The position numbers and the translations under genes are program-made. The notes under the pieces were generated by a model. That model did no database searches and was not told the DNA's origin. It was given only the letters and a program-made list of their open reading frames with translations. Below, one piece after another: positions 37,904 through 46,830 of a stretch of 64,000 nucleotides of DNA. This DNA comes from Candidatus Dojkabacteria bacterium HGW-Dojkabacteria-1 (GTDB taxonomy: Bacteria > Patescibacteriota > Dojkabacteria > SC72): positions 367,514-431,513 of the forward strand of contig PHAO01000001.1 in NCBI GenBank assembly GCA_002840365.1, read 5' to 3'. Numbering within the stretch: position 1 is the stretch's first letter; each line of letters begins with the position of its first letter.

Positions 37904-38557
37904 ATGGATTCAAAATTAACAAGTAAGCAGGATAAAGTGTTGAGAGTTATAAGAGACTTCTATCTTGAAAATGGTGAAGCTCCCTCTCTTTCAGAATTAC
38001 AAGGTATGTTAAGTATTTCAACTAAAAGAGGGGTAGTTAGTCATTTGGAAGCATTAGAAAAGAAAGGCTTTATAATACGAACAAGCGAACCTAGAGGTAT
38101 ACATATCGTTGATGAATCTGAAAATGAAATGGTTTACGAGTATCTTGTAGGTATACCTATTTTGGGATATGCGAATGCAGGTACACCTTTGGTATTGGCA
38201 GATGAGCAAAATCTTGGAATTTTACAATTAGACAGATCTCTGGTTGGAAGAAAAGAAGGGCTTTTCGCACTCATAGTTAAAGGTGATTCTATGAATATGA
38301 GACAAATCGAAGGAAAAAATATAGAAGAGGGTCACTATATTGTTGTACAAAAAGATGCTGAATATGAAAATGGAGATGCAGTTTTAGCCATTGTGGATGG
38401 TAGCGCTACTGTAAAGAATATAAAGAGCGATGAAGACATGGTAATTTTGTATCCTCAATCAAACAATCCAATACATAAACCTATCTATTTAGATATAAAT
38501 AGTAATTCGATTATTAATGGTAAAGTTGTTAAGGTTTTAGATAATCCAAATCTTTAA
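37904..38557 (+). CDS. lexA: LexA repressor (SOS response)
   Basis: N-terminal winged HTH, cleavage-site region, S24 peptidase GDSM (Ser) ... VKNI (Lys) dyad. Confidence 0.85.
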   Translation: MDSKLTSKQDKVLRVIRDFYLENGEAPSLSELQGMLSISTKRGVVSHLEALEKKGFIIRTSEPRGIHIVDESENEMVYEYLVGIPILGYANAGTPLVLADEQNLGILQLDRSLVGRKEGLFALIVKGDSMNMRQIEGKNIEEGHYIVVQKDAEYENGDAVLAIVDGSATVKNIKSDEDMVILYPQSNNPIHKPIYLDINSNSIINGKVVKVLDNPNL

Positions 38558-39253
38558 CTATTCTCTAATCTCTACATCATCAACGTATTTCTTTACTAGT
38601 CTTTTCATTTTTCGCAGTTCAGCAGATGTAAACGAATTACTTCTATTTAAGGATGGATTTATTGTTTTACCAGGTCTAAAATTTTGAATAAAATATCTCT
38701 TCGAGCCTTGGATTAATTTCCCTATGCCTTCTGCAGATTCGACTGTATGAATACCTTTTACATAGGTAGTTCTAAACTCATAATCCTTTGCATAATCCAT
38801 TAATAACTTAATACTCTTCTTTATCTCTTGATAATCGACATTTTCCTCAAGATTTTGCTCGTATATTTCATCTTCATACTTAACATCCATTGCCCAGTAA
38901 TCAACAATTCCTAAATCTAAAATCTTTTTTACTGTTTTAGAATTCGTACCATTAGTATCAAGTTTTACTAAAAAACCAAGTTTTTTAACTTTCTTGATGA
39001 AAGTAATAAGATCTTTCTGAAGGGTTGGTTCTCCACCTGTGATTACTAGTGCATCTATAAATCCTTTTCTTGATTTAAGGAAAGAAAGAATTTCATCCTC
39101 TTTCACTATGTTTGATGTATTACAAGGCAAAGTAACTAACTCTGGGTTATGACAGTAGCCACATCTTAAATTACACCCATATGTAAAGATTAATGATGCA
39201 ACCTTACCTGGATAATCCAGAAGGGTAGATTTTTGAAATCCAGTTATTAACAT
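38558..39253 (-). CDS. nrdG: Anaerobic ribonucleoside-triphosphate reductase activating protein (radical SAM)
   Basis: CNLRCGYCHN radical-SAM cluster motif, GGEPTLQ, size 231 aa, immediately downstream of nrdD. Confidence 0.8.
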   Translation of the reverse strand: MLITGFQKSTLLDYPGKVASLIFTYGCNLRCGYCHNPELVTLPCNTSNIVKEDEILSFLKSRKGFIDALVITGGEPTLQKDLITFIKKVKKLGFLVKLDTNGTNSKTVKKILDLGIVDYWAMDVKYEDEIYEQNLEENVDYQEIKKSIKLLMDYAKDYEFRTTYVKGIHTVESAEGIGKLIQGSKRYFIQNFRPGKTINPSLNRSNSFTSAELRKMKRLVKKYVDDVEIRE

Positions 39254-39411
39254 CTTTATGCATTAAAAGTTACCCTATCGCAGTACTCAGACTGTTTGCC
39301 AGGGTTCCACTGTGTAACAGGACGTATGTATCCAACAACTCTGGAGTATACCTCACATCTTTGTCTGGTTACTGTTTTTTGTTTTTTCGTCATCTAAGGA
39401 GCAGTAAAATA

Positions 39412-41469
39412 TTAAATACTTTCATTAAATTGCATACCATCAATATATCCTGCTTCTGCATCACACTTAGGACAGTATGTATGCTCACCAGGCATATATC
39501 CATGTTTTGGACAAACACTAAAAGTAGGGGTTATAGAGAAATATGGTAATTTATAGTTCTCTGCAACCTTTTTTACAAAATTTTTTACACTATTTATAGA
39601 AGGCATACGCTCTCCTAAAAAGATATGTAGAACTGTTCCACCTGTATACTTGCACTGGAACTCATCCTGTAAGTCTAAAGCCTCAAAAACATCGTCTGTG
39701 AAGCCCACCGGAAGCTGAGAGGAGTTAGTATAATAGGGAGCAGAACCTCTCTTTTGACCAATATCAGAGGCTGCAATAATATCATCGCCAAATTTGTTCT
39801 TATCAGCTTTTGCAAATCTATACGTAGTACTCTCTCCAGGTGTAGCTTCAAGGTTGAATAATTGATTGGTCTCAATTTGATAAGTCATTAATCTCTCTCT
39901 CATATAGTCCATAACTTTAAGACCAAACTCTCTACCCTCCTTTGTAGTAATATCTTTTCCTAAGAAGTTCACTAAAGCCTCATTAAGACCAAGAATACCA
40001 ATAGTATTAAAATGATTTTTAAAGTATTCTTTAAATCTCTTCTTTATATCTGTTAAGTAGAACTTGGAATATGGATACAATCCCATTTCCATATATTTTT
40101 CAATAGATTTCCTCTTTATCATTAAACTTTCTTTAGAAATATCCATTAGTTCATCAACCCTCTTAAAGAAATCTTTCTCATCTTTAGCAAGATACCCTAT
40201 TCTTGGCATATTTATAGTAACCACCCCAATACTTCCTGTGAGAGGATTTGCTCCAAAAAGACCACCACCTCTCTTTCTTAACTCTCTGTTGTCTAATCTA
40301 AGTCTACAACACATAGATCTCGCATCATCAGGGCTCATATCAGAATTGATAAAGTTTGAAAAGTAAGGAATCCCATACTTTGCAGTCATTTCCCATAGGT
40401 ACTTGTATTTAGGGTTATCCCAATCAAAATCCTTTGTAAGATTGTAAGTAGGGATAGGATATGAGAAAAGCCTTCCTTGAGCATCTCCTTCCATCATTAC
40501 TTCACAAAAAGCCTTGTTAAGCATATCCATCTCCTTTTGGAAATCACCATATTTCTCTTTCTGAGGTTTCCCCCCTATTATCACATTCTCCTTAGCTAAC
40601 ATTCCGTTAGGAACTAAATCCATAGTAATATTTGTAAAAGGAGTCTGACATCCTACCCTCGTAGGTACATTCATATTAAAGAGAAATTCTTGAATCTTCT
40701 GTTTTACTTCCTTGTATGAAAGTTTGTCATATCGAATGAATGGAGCGAGTAGAGTATCAAAACTTGAAAATGCTTGCGCACCTGCGGCTTCATGTTGCAA
40801 AGTATACAGATAGTTAACACACTGACCTAGTGCTGCCCCAAAATGCTTTGCAGGGCCTGAGGAAATCTTCCCTGGAACTCCAGTAAAGCCCTTAAGCAGT
40901 AAATCGTGTAAATCCCATCCCATACAGTAAGTAGCGAGCATCCCTAGATCATGAATATGAATATCTGCGTTAATATGTGCATTTGAGATATGCTTTGGAT
41001 ATATGGTGTATAGCCAATAATTAGCTTGAACAGATGAAGAAATATGGTTATTTAATCCTTGCCAAGAGTATGCCATATTACTGTTCTCTTTCACTCTCCA
41101 GTCTTCTTCTTTGATATATCCCTTTACTAATTGCTCCGCATCAATCAAGGATTTAATATTTTTAACCTTGTTCTTTAAATCAACAAAAAGCTCAAAAGCT
41201 ACAGCTGTCTTTCCATGTCCCATATCCTTAAGTGTTTCTTTGACAACCTTTGCAATGTCTCCAGTTGAAATATATTTCTCTTCTTGGTGTTTTACTCTTA
41301 ATCTTTTAACAACCTCATTAGAAACCTGTTTTGCTCTCTTCCTATCATCTCCTCCCACACTCTCAGCAGCTTTAAATATTCCTGTCGTTATCCTTTCCTG
41401 ATCAAATTCAACTAATCTACCATCTCTTTTCTTTACTTTAAATGATATTAATTCTTTGGCTTTTGCCAT
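39412..41469 (-). CDS. nrdD: Anaerobic (class III) ribonucleoside-triphosphate reductase
   Basis: N-terminal ATP-cone (KRDGRLVEFDQERI), class III core, C-terminal Zn-ribbon CPKHGYMPGEHTYCPKCD and glycyl-radical region. Confidence 0.9.
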   Translation of the reverse strand: MAKAKELISFKVKKRDGRLVEFDQERITTGIFKAAESVGGDDRKRAKQVSNEVVKRLRVKHQEEKYISTGDIAKVVKETLKDMGHGKTAVAFELFVDLKNKVKNIKSLIDAEQLVKGYIKEEDWRVKENSNMAYSWQGLNNHISSSVQANYWLYTIYPKHISNAHINADIHIHDLGMLATYCMGWDLHDLLLKGFTGVPGKISSGPAKHFGAALGQCVNYLYTLQHEAAGAQAFSSFDTLLAPFIRYDKLSYKEVKQKIQEFLFNMNVPTRVGCQTPFTNITMDLVPNGMLAKENVIIGGKPQKEKYGDFQKEMDMLNKAFCEVMMEGDAQGRLFSYPIPTYNLTKDFDWDNPKYKYLWEMTAKYGIPYFSNFINSDMSPDDARSMCCRLRLDNRELRKRGGGLFGANPLTGSIGVVTINMPRIGYLAKDEKDFFKRVDELMDISKESLMIKRKSIEKYMEMGLYPYSKFYLTDIKKRFKEYFKNHFNTIGILGLNEALVNFLGKDITTKEGREFGLKVMDYMRERLMTYQIETNQLFNLEATPGESTTYRFAKADKNKFGDDIIAASDIGQKRGSAPYYTNSSQLPVGFTDDVFEALDLQDEFQCKYTGGTVLHIFLGERMPSINSVKNFVKKVAENYKLPYFSITPTFSVCPKHGYMPGEHTYCPKCDAEAGYIDGMQFNESI

Positions 41470-41489
41470 GGCAGTATTTACTTGTAGTA

Positions 41490-41939
41490 TTAAATTAATT
41501 CTTCTAGTTCTTTTTTAAGATCTTTTACTGTTTCGAAATCTTTGTACACACTTGCAAACCTCATATATGCTAATGGATCTAATTCCCTTAGCCAGTCTAA
41601 AACCATATTCCCAATATCTGTAGTAGAAAGTGGGTTTGCGCTTACCATTACTTTCCTTTCTACCTCTTCACAAAAATTATCAATTTCATCCTCTGTAATT
41701 TTAGAAATATCTACAGCTTTTTTAATTCCTTTCTTAAGCTTTTGACAATCAAAATTTTCTAAAGAGCCATCTTTTTTTATTATTACGACATCAACCTTCT
41801 CTATCCTCTCATAAGTTGTGTATCTTCTTCCGCACCTTAAACATTGCCTTCTCCTTCTTGTAGAGAAGTCATCTGTATTATCTCTTTTGTCTACTACCTT
41901 TGATGTAGTACATGCACAGTAGGGACATCTCATAACCAC
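41490..41939 (-). CDS. nrdR: Transcriptional repressor NrdR (likely true start at internal ATG giving MRCPYC...)
   Basis: Zn-ribbon MRCPYCACTTSKVVDKR...CLRCGRRY + ATP-cone; 20-nt gap to nrdD. Confidence 0.85.
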   Translation of the reverse strand: MVMRCPYCACTTSKVVDKRDNTDDFSTRRRRQCLRCGRRYTTYERIEKVDVVIIKKDGSLENFDCQKLKKGIKKAVDISKITEDEIDNFCEEVERKVMVSANPLSTTDIGNMVLDWLRELDPLAYMRFASVYKDFETVKDLKKELEELI

Positions 41940-41949
41940 AATATGTTGT
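41937..41949. promoter_or_regulatory. Candidate NrdR box 1 (cCACAATATGTTGTAc) overlapping nrdR translation start region
   Basis: Near-palindrome resembling NrdR-box consensus acaCwAtATaTwGtgt. Confidence 0.35.
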
Positions 41950-42025
41950 ACTTAGTAATCAAGGCTATCCCAACCCGTTGTGTTCGTCAAAGTCCTGTAG
42001 TAGTACCAGTTGGGAGTTATTGGCT

Positions 42026-42038
42026 ACAATATGCTGTA
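42026..42038. promoter_or_regulatory. Candidate NrdR box 2 (tACAATATGCTGTAt) enclosed by 12-bp inverted repeat CCTGTAGTAGTA(41993-42004)/TACTACTACAGG(42054-42065)
   Basis: Second copy of the ACAATATGYTGTA motif ~89 bp from box 1; perfect 12-bp IR flanks it. Confidence 0.35.
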
Positions 42039-42159
42039 TCTTAAAAAAGAGAATACTACTACAGGTTGAGATATTGAAAATATAGGGTAATTATAAAAGG
42101 ATATTTGCATAAACGATTAATATTTGTTTAAATGACTATTAATGTTTTAAAACTTTCCA

Positions 42160-42669
42160 ATGATTGTAGATTTAAAAGAATTTCCAAAGATTAAAGAAAA
42201 TAACCTTAAAGGTAAAACTATTGTTTGTACATCTGGATACTTTGATCCAATTCATCCAGGACATATCTCTTGTATATTAGAATCAAAAAAATATGGAGAT
42301 ATTTTGGTTGTTGCACTAGATGGCGATACAAGGTGTATTAACAAGAAGGGTAAGCCCTTTATTCCTGCCACAGATAGGGCTGAAATAGTGGATGCAATTA
42401 AGGGTGTAGACTATGTAATAATTCATGAAAATCCTAAGGCAACTAATTGTGCGGAAGTACTAGAAGTAGTTAAGCCAGAAGTATTTACGAAAGGTGGTGA
42501 TAGAGATGATAAAAATAGGAATGACCCAAATAGTGGACTTAAAATTGAAGCAGACTTAATAGAGTCATATGGTGGAAGAATAGAGTATGGAGTAGGAAAA
42601 GAAAAAGTTTGGTCTTCCTCCAATTATTTACAGGAGTGGGTAGATTTTATTAATTCAAAAAACTCTTAA
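42160..42669 (+). CDS. Cytidylyltransferase-fold nucleotidyltransferase (RfaE domain II / HldE-C-like heptose-1-P adenylyltransferase type)
   Basis: TSGYFDPIHPGHIS (GxFDxxHxGH), ALDGDTRCINKKGKPFIPATDRAEIV resembling RfaE-II NSDxS...KG.xRPI block. Confidence 0.55.
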   Translation: MIVDLKEFPKIKENNLKGKTIVCTSGYFDPIHPGHISCILESKKYGDILVVALDGDTRCINKKGKPFIPATDRAEIVDAIKGVDYVIIHENPKATNCAEVLEVVKPEVFTKGGDRDDKNRNDPNSGLKIEADLIESYGGRIEYGVGKEKVWSSSNYLQEWVDFINSKNS

Positions 42670-43631
42670 TATACCTCTGTAGCACTTCCACATGATCTAC
42701 CGCCCTTGAGGTACCCAAATATTGAATTCGCTGCTATAGAGCCTTCTGAAGCTGCTGTGACAACCTGCCTGAATCTATTTGAAGCACTTGTACAGTCTCC
42801 TGCTGCCCATATACCATCTAAGCTTGTTGCTTGATTCTCTTCTACCTTTATATATTTCTTTTCATCAAGTTCTAAACCTAGTTTGTTTGCTAAATCTACA
42901 TTTGGAACAGACCCTATTTCAACAAATACCCCATCAGTATCAAGATACTCAGAGCCGTTGTGAGGTCTTGAAAGTTTAATCTTTTCTAATTTTTCCTGAC
43001 CCTCTAATCCAATTAATACGGTAGTGTAAATTATTTCAATATTTTCTTTTGCTTCAACCTGTTCAATCCACATAGGTTCACCCTTAAGTTCTGTACCTCT
43101 ATAAATGAGATATACCTTTTTAGCTATATCTGAAAGCATAGAGGCTGCCATAGTCGCAGCATTGCTACCACCAACTACAGTTACAACCTTGTCTTTAAAA
43201 AACATTGCATCGCATGTGGCACAGTATGAAAGTCCTTTACCAAGAAACCTATCTTCATTTTCTAAATTAAGTTTGTTTCTGTTTGTTCCAATACCTAAAA
43301 TTACTGTTTTTGCAAAATATTCTTTTTGTTTATCCGTTATTAATTTGAATTTATCATCCATTTTCTGAATATCTATGATATGTTCTGAGGAATATTCTCC
43401 ACCCAGTTCTTTTGCTTGTTCGTGGAATTTAATACCCAAATCATACCCACTAATATCTGATACTCCTGGATAGTTACATACCTTGTGAGCTTCTGAAATA
43501 GTACCACCGAGTAATTTTCCAAAAACAATATTACTTAACTTGTATCTACTTGCATATATACTTGCCGAAAAACCTGCAGGACCACTTCCTACTATTGCAA
43601 TGTCATATATTTTGTTTAATGTATCAGGCAT
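42666..43631 (-). CDS. trxB: Thioredoxin-disulfide reductase
   Basis: FAD GxGxxG (VGSGPAGFSASIY), redox-active CATCD, NADPH GGSNAAT..., low-Mr TrxR length. Confidence 0.85.
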   Translation of the reverse strand: MPDTLNKIYDIAIVGSGPAGFSASIYASRYKLSNIVFGKLLGGTISEAHKVCNYPGVSDISGYDLGIKFHEQAKELGGEYSSEHIIDIQKMDDKFKLITDKQKEYFAKTVILGIGTNRNKLNLENEDRFLGKGLSYCATCDAMFFKDKVVTVVGGSNAATMAASMLSDIAKKVYLIYRGTELKGEPMWIEQVEAKENIEIIYTTVLIGLEGQEKLEKIKLSRPHNGSEYLDTDGVFVEIGSVPNVDLANKLGLELDEKKYIKVEENQATSLDGIWAAGDCTSASNRFRQVVTAASEGSIAANSIFGYLKGGRSCGSATEVY

Positions 43632-43740
43632 TATATTTAGACTATCAAATTATTACAAAAAATATTCTACCATATATTTGTTCCTTTAAACCAATATTTG
43701 ATATCATTTTATATACTTAAGCCCCAAGATATCCGAACAT

Positions 43741-44661
43741 ATGAATGAAAAAATATATATCGTAGGACACAAAAAGCCAGACTTAGATTCAATATCTTCA
43801 GCACTAGGATATCAGGCATTCAGACACTCTCAGGGGGATTTTAACTACTATGCAATAAGGGGGGACAAAGAAAATCCACTTACTAAATGGGTATTTGAGA
43901 AATATGAAACTAGATTACCAGAGTATATTCCTAATATATCCGGTATGAATATTGTTCTTGTAGACCATACATATCCAGAAAACAGACCTAAGGGTTGGGA
44001 AAAGGCTAATATATTAGAAGTGATTGATCATCATGATGTCAAACTTGAAGATATTTTACCTAAAAGAATATTAATTAGACCTTGTGGTTCAACATCTTCT
44101 TTGATTGCCGAAATGATGTTTGCTTCTAATATGAAAATACCATTTAATATTGCTGGAATTCTTCTATGTGCAATATTAGATGATACTTTAAACTTAGAAT
44201 CTCCAACTACAACAGATTTAGATGTAGATATGGTATACAGATTGGCGCATATTTGTGATATTGAAAGTACAGAAGATTTGTTTAGAGAGATTTTTACAAA
44301 GAAAGATATATGGAATGAAATGAGTCCAAGGGAAATAATTGAGATGGATATGAAAGAGATAGATATTAATGGAAAAAAAGTTTGTATTAGTCAAGTAGAA
44401 ACAATGGGTAATGAGCAAATTGAAAAGAACAAGATTCTTGAAGAATTAACTAAAATTGAGAAAGAAGGTCCTTCCAATTTAAGAATTGTTATGATTACAG
44501 ACCTAATTAAAAAAGAGTGTAACCTCTTAGTTGTAGGTAGTGATATTATCCTTTTTGAGAGTGTATTGGGGGAGAAGATAGTAGGCAATATGATAAATCT
44601 TCCTAATGTTGTAAGTAGAAAGAAACAGATATTACCAATGATTGAGAAAATGTACTCTTAG
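43741..44661 (+). CDS. DHH/DHHA2 phosphoesterase, likely Mn-dependent (family II) inorganic pyrophosphatase or nanoRNase
   Basis: N-terminal IYIVGHKKPDLDSISSALGY, DHH motif EVIDHHDV, DHHA2-like C-terminus (GSTSS). Confidence 0.6.
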   Translation: MNEKIYIVGHKKPDLDSISSALGYQAFRHSQGDFNYYAIRGDKENPLTKWVFEKYETRLPEYIPNISGMNIVLVDHTYPENRPKGWEKANILEVIDHHDVKLEDILPKRILIRPCGSTSSLIAEMMFASNMKIPFNIAGILLCAILDDTLNLESPTTTDLDVDMVYRLAHICDIESTEDLFREIFTKKDIWNEMSPREIIEMDMKEIDINGKKVCISQVETMGNEQIEKNKILEELTKIEKEGPSNLRIVMITDLIKKECNLLVVGSDIILFESVLGEKIVGNMINLPNVVSRKKQILPMIEKMYS

Positions 44662-44669
44662 GATATTTA

Positions 44670-44726
44670 GAGGGTCTCTTGTTTTTGGTATTATGCTTAT
44701 TCAGCAACAAAAGACCCTCTTTGAGG
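44670..44726. repeat. Inverted repeat A (AGAGGGTCTCTTGTTTT...AACAAAAGACCCTCT) at left edge of GC-rich island, immediately 3' of DHH gene
   Basis: About 15-bp imperfect stem, 17-nt loop; contains GAGGGTCT core shared with repeat B. Confidence 0.45.
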
Positions 44727-44728
44727 GA

Positions 44729-44923
44729 TTATGGCCCTGTTGGGACTCCCTCGAAACGATAATACTCTTTCAATTTCTGCTTATACTGTTCTTTTGCCTT
44801 TTCAGGACAACTGTCGTGGGGAACTCTGTCGGGCTCGAAAGTCCAACAGCTTAAAATAGGCATGCCTACACAGCACAGAGCCGCTAAGGCCAATACAAGT
44901 ATAACTACAACCACTTGTGTCAT
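44729..44923 (-). CDS. Small hydrophobic/Cys-containing protein (64 aa) inside GC-rich island
   Basis: ORF in GC-rich segment; N-terminal TM; weak. Confidence 0.25.
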   Translation of the reverse strand: MTQVVVVILVLALAALCCVGMPILSCWTFEPDRVPHDSCPEKAKEQYKQKLKEYYRFEGVPTGP

Positions 44924-45076
44924 TTTTTCTCCCGTGAAATAATCAGAATTCTAATACCAAAATGTAATTATCAAATATTAATAACTATATATTGGTATTA
45001 GAAAGAGTATTTTAGGACCTTTAATGAGCAATATATTCTTAACTATTATATAGATAAGAATAGTGGTAATCATTAA

Positions 45077-45150
45077 GGGGTCTTTGAGGGTCTCATGATA
45101 TATTACTTTCGTAAATATTTAGCGTTTAAGCTAATCACAAGACCCTCATT
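45077..45150. repeat. Inverted repeat B (TGAGGGTCT...~50 nt...AGACCCTCA) with preceding direct GGGTCT duplication
   Basis: 9-bp perfect arms sharing GAGGGTCT core with repeat A. Confidence 0.4.
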
Positions 45151-45163
45151 GGCCTATTTAGTT

Positions 45164-45685
45164 TTATGGTAATTTAGTGAAAATCGTCCCTGACAAGGTC
45201 CATACCGGAATTTCCTGAATAGGTTTTGAATCGAAAATAATTTCTCCGAAATTTTTACCTTTTTCAGGATTTGCAACATGCCAGGTTACTCCCATGCGGG
45301 GATCAGTCATGTCTTCACATGTATCTGGGGTGAAGTATAACTTTTCCCTTTGCCTGTCCCAAGGCTGTGCACCACTGATGTTCCAGGAGCATGCTTTGTT
45401 GTTGTTGATGAAGAGTTCTGCACTAATGTGCTGAGTGTCTCCACCTGTGGCAACATAGCGTACCAGAATATAGCTTCCATACGGTGAAGTGGGCTGAGTT
45501 TCTTCAACCTTTTGCTCTACAACAATTTCTTGAATTTCTTGAATTTCTTGAATTTCTTGAATTTCTTGAATTTCTTGAATTTCTTGAATTTCTTGAGTAG
45601 GCTCAGGAACCACTTCCACGATTGAAACGGGCGAACAAGCAGCAAGGGCAAAGGTAAGAACGATAACTAAAAGGATACTTTTCAT
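45164..45685 (-). CDS. Lipoprotein with (EIQ)n linker repeat (start set at MKSILLVIVLTFALAACS lipobox signal)
   Basis: Lipobox LAAC, PEPTQ(EIQ)7EI linker, Cys-containing C-terminal domain; GC-rich. Confidence 0.5.
   Translation of the reverse strand: MKSILLVIVLTFALAACSPVSIVEVVPEPTQEIQEIQEIQEIQEIQEIQEIQEIVVEQKVEETQPTSPYGSYILVRYVATGGDTQHISAELFINNNKACSWNISGAQPWDRQREKLYFTPDTCEDMTDPRMGVTWHVANPEKGKNFGEIIFDSKPIQEIPVWTLSGTIFTKLP
45524..45586 (-). repeat. Perfect 9-bp tandem repeat (aatttcttg)x7 encoding (EIQ)n in frame
   Basis: Directly visible; multiple of 3 so slippage changes linker length without frameshift. Confidence 0.85.
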
Positions 45686-45934
45686 CTTTAATCTCCTCAA
45701 TTTTGAATTCCACCAAATGGTGGTTAATACGAACAAAACAAACATCTATAGATATAAATATCTATGTTGTTCGTATTAAAAGGAGTAAATGAAAAAGTAT
45801 ATAAATAGGCCTTTTTAAAGAGCAGTATATTCTTTAATGTATTAAAACAGAAAAGAATAATAGGCTATTAACCTATACATACATTATACCACATTACTAT
45901 AGGTTTATAAAGATAGGGGGTATTTGATCTGAGA

Positions 45935-45979
45935 GAATCCCTTGTATTTTGTTAATGCTAAAAAAGCTACAAGGGATTC
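45935..45979 (-). terminator. Hairpin GAATCCCTTGTA-21nt-TACAAGGGATTC immediately 3' of lipoprotein gene 45989..46321, followed by CCTTAAGACCT tail
   Basis: 12-bp perfect stem; same architecture and tail as hairpin at 46429..46469. Confidence 0.4.
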
Positions 45980-45988
45980 CCTTAAGAC

Positions 45989-46321
45989 CTATTTCTTGAA
46001 TATATCAACTTCGAACAGAGAACTATCAATTCGTACCTTTGCAATTTTTGAAGAGGTGTCAAATTCCATGCTTATATTGGGAGCATCATCGTTGCACTCG
46101 ACTACATAGAAAGGATTCTTCCCTTCCGCAATTTCGTAGTGCAAAAGCCCCCAAACACAGATTGACACATCATTCTCAAATACTTCTACTCGAGTTTCTC
46201 TACCATTTATAGGTTCCACCACTTCAGTATAAACCCTGAAAGAGTAGCTTGGATTCAATTGGGCACCTGTACTACAGCCCGAAATCAAAATTACGAATAC
46301 TACTAAAATCCACTTTTTCAT
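45989..46321 (-). CDS. Small lipoprotein (lipobox ILISGCS)
   Basis: Signal + lipobox Cys, 110 aa, GC-rich island. Confidence 0.5.
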   Translation of the reverse strand: MKKWILVVFVILISGCSTGAQLNPSYSFRVYTEVVEPINGRETRVEVFENDVSICVWGLLHYEIAEGKNPFYVVECNDDAPNISMEFDTSSKIAKVRIDSSLFEVDIFKK

Positions 46322-46428
46322 TTTACATCTCCAACAATCTGTTTCTGAAAAAAAATAGGTCTTTTAAAGAACGATCTATTATACTACTACACTATGGGTT
46401 AATAAAGGGCTTTGAATGAGGATCAAAA

Positions 46429-46469
46429 GGAGGGTATCGAAGCATTTAAGCTGAAAGAAGATACCCTCC
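46429..46469 (-). terminator. Hairpin GGAGGGTATC-21nt-GATACCCTCC 3' of gene 46480..46830, followed by CTTAAGACCT tail
   Basis: 10-bp perfect stem; shares loop length and 3' tail with 45935..45979 element. Confidence 0.4.
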
Positions 46470-46479
46470 TTAAGACCTG

Positions 46480-46830
46480 TTACCTTGTGAAAGTTATGAA
46501 TCCCTCCTCTGACCATGGGTCTCCAACAGGAGTAATCCTTATGTCTTGGGCTGTTTCAAATGTGCAACCTGCGAACTCCGTTGAGTATCTTTTCCCAAGT
46601 TTCTCTACAAAGGTTTTTACCCCTCTGCAGTTAACAACAGCAATGAGTTTGTACTCACTACTATTCCAGGAAAAGGTTCCCGTCTGAGTCATGCTGTTCA
46701 TTATGGCATTAGCTTTAGCTTCTCCAATCATAATATTTTGATTGGTATAGTGATTCAACATTGCAAAGCCAATTATAATGCCAATCCCAAGAACAAATAC
46801 CAATATCAGAATTCCAGTTCGTTTATTCAT
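46480..46830 (-). CDS. Small membrane-anchored exported protein (116 aa)
   Basis: N-terminal TM/signal anchor, two Cys, GC-rich island. Confidence 0.4.
   Translation of the reverse strand: MNKRTGILILVFVLGIGIIIGFAMLNHYTNQNIMIGEAKANAIMNSMTQTGTFSWNSSEYKLIAVVNCRGVKTFVEKLGKRYSTEFAGCTFETAQDIRITPVGDPWSEEGFITFTR

Noticed and set aside
44674-45095. GGTCTC within the boundary repeats as a restriction-modification (BsaI-type) recognition signal
   Set aside because: This is a coincidental hexamer inside a longer GAGGGTCT repeat core. There are no R-M genes nearby.
45524-45586. Possible CRISPR array (regular short repeats), plus the ~300-bp repeats at 31.4-33.2 kb
   Set aside because: The 9-bp units are contiguous with no spacers and sit in frame inside a lipoprotein gene. 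The 300-bp units are protein-coding FN3-like domains. No cas genes or leader are present.
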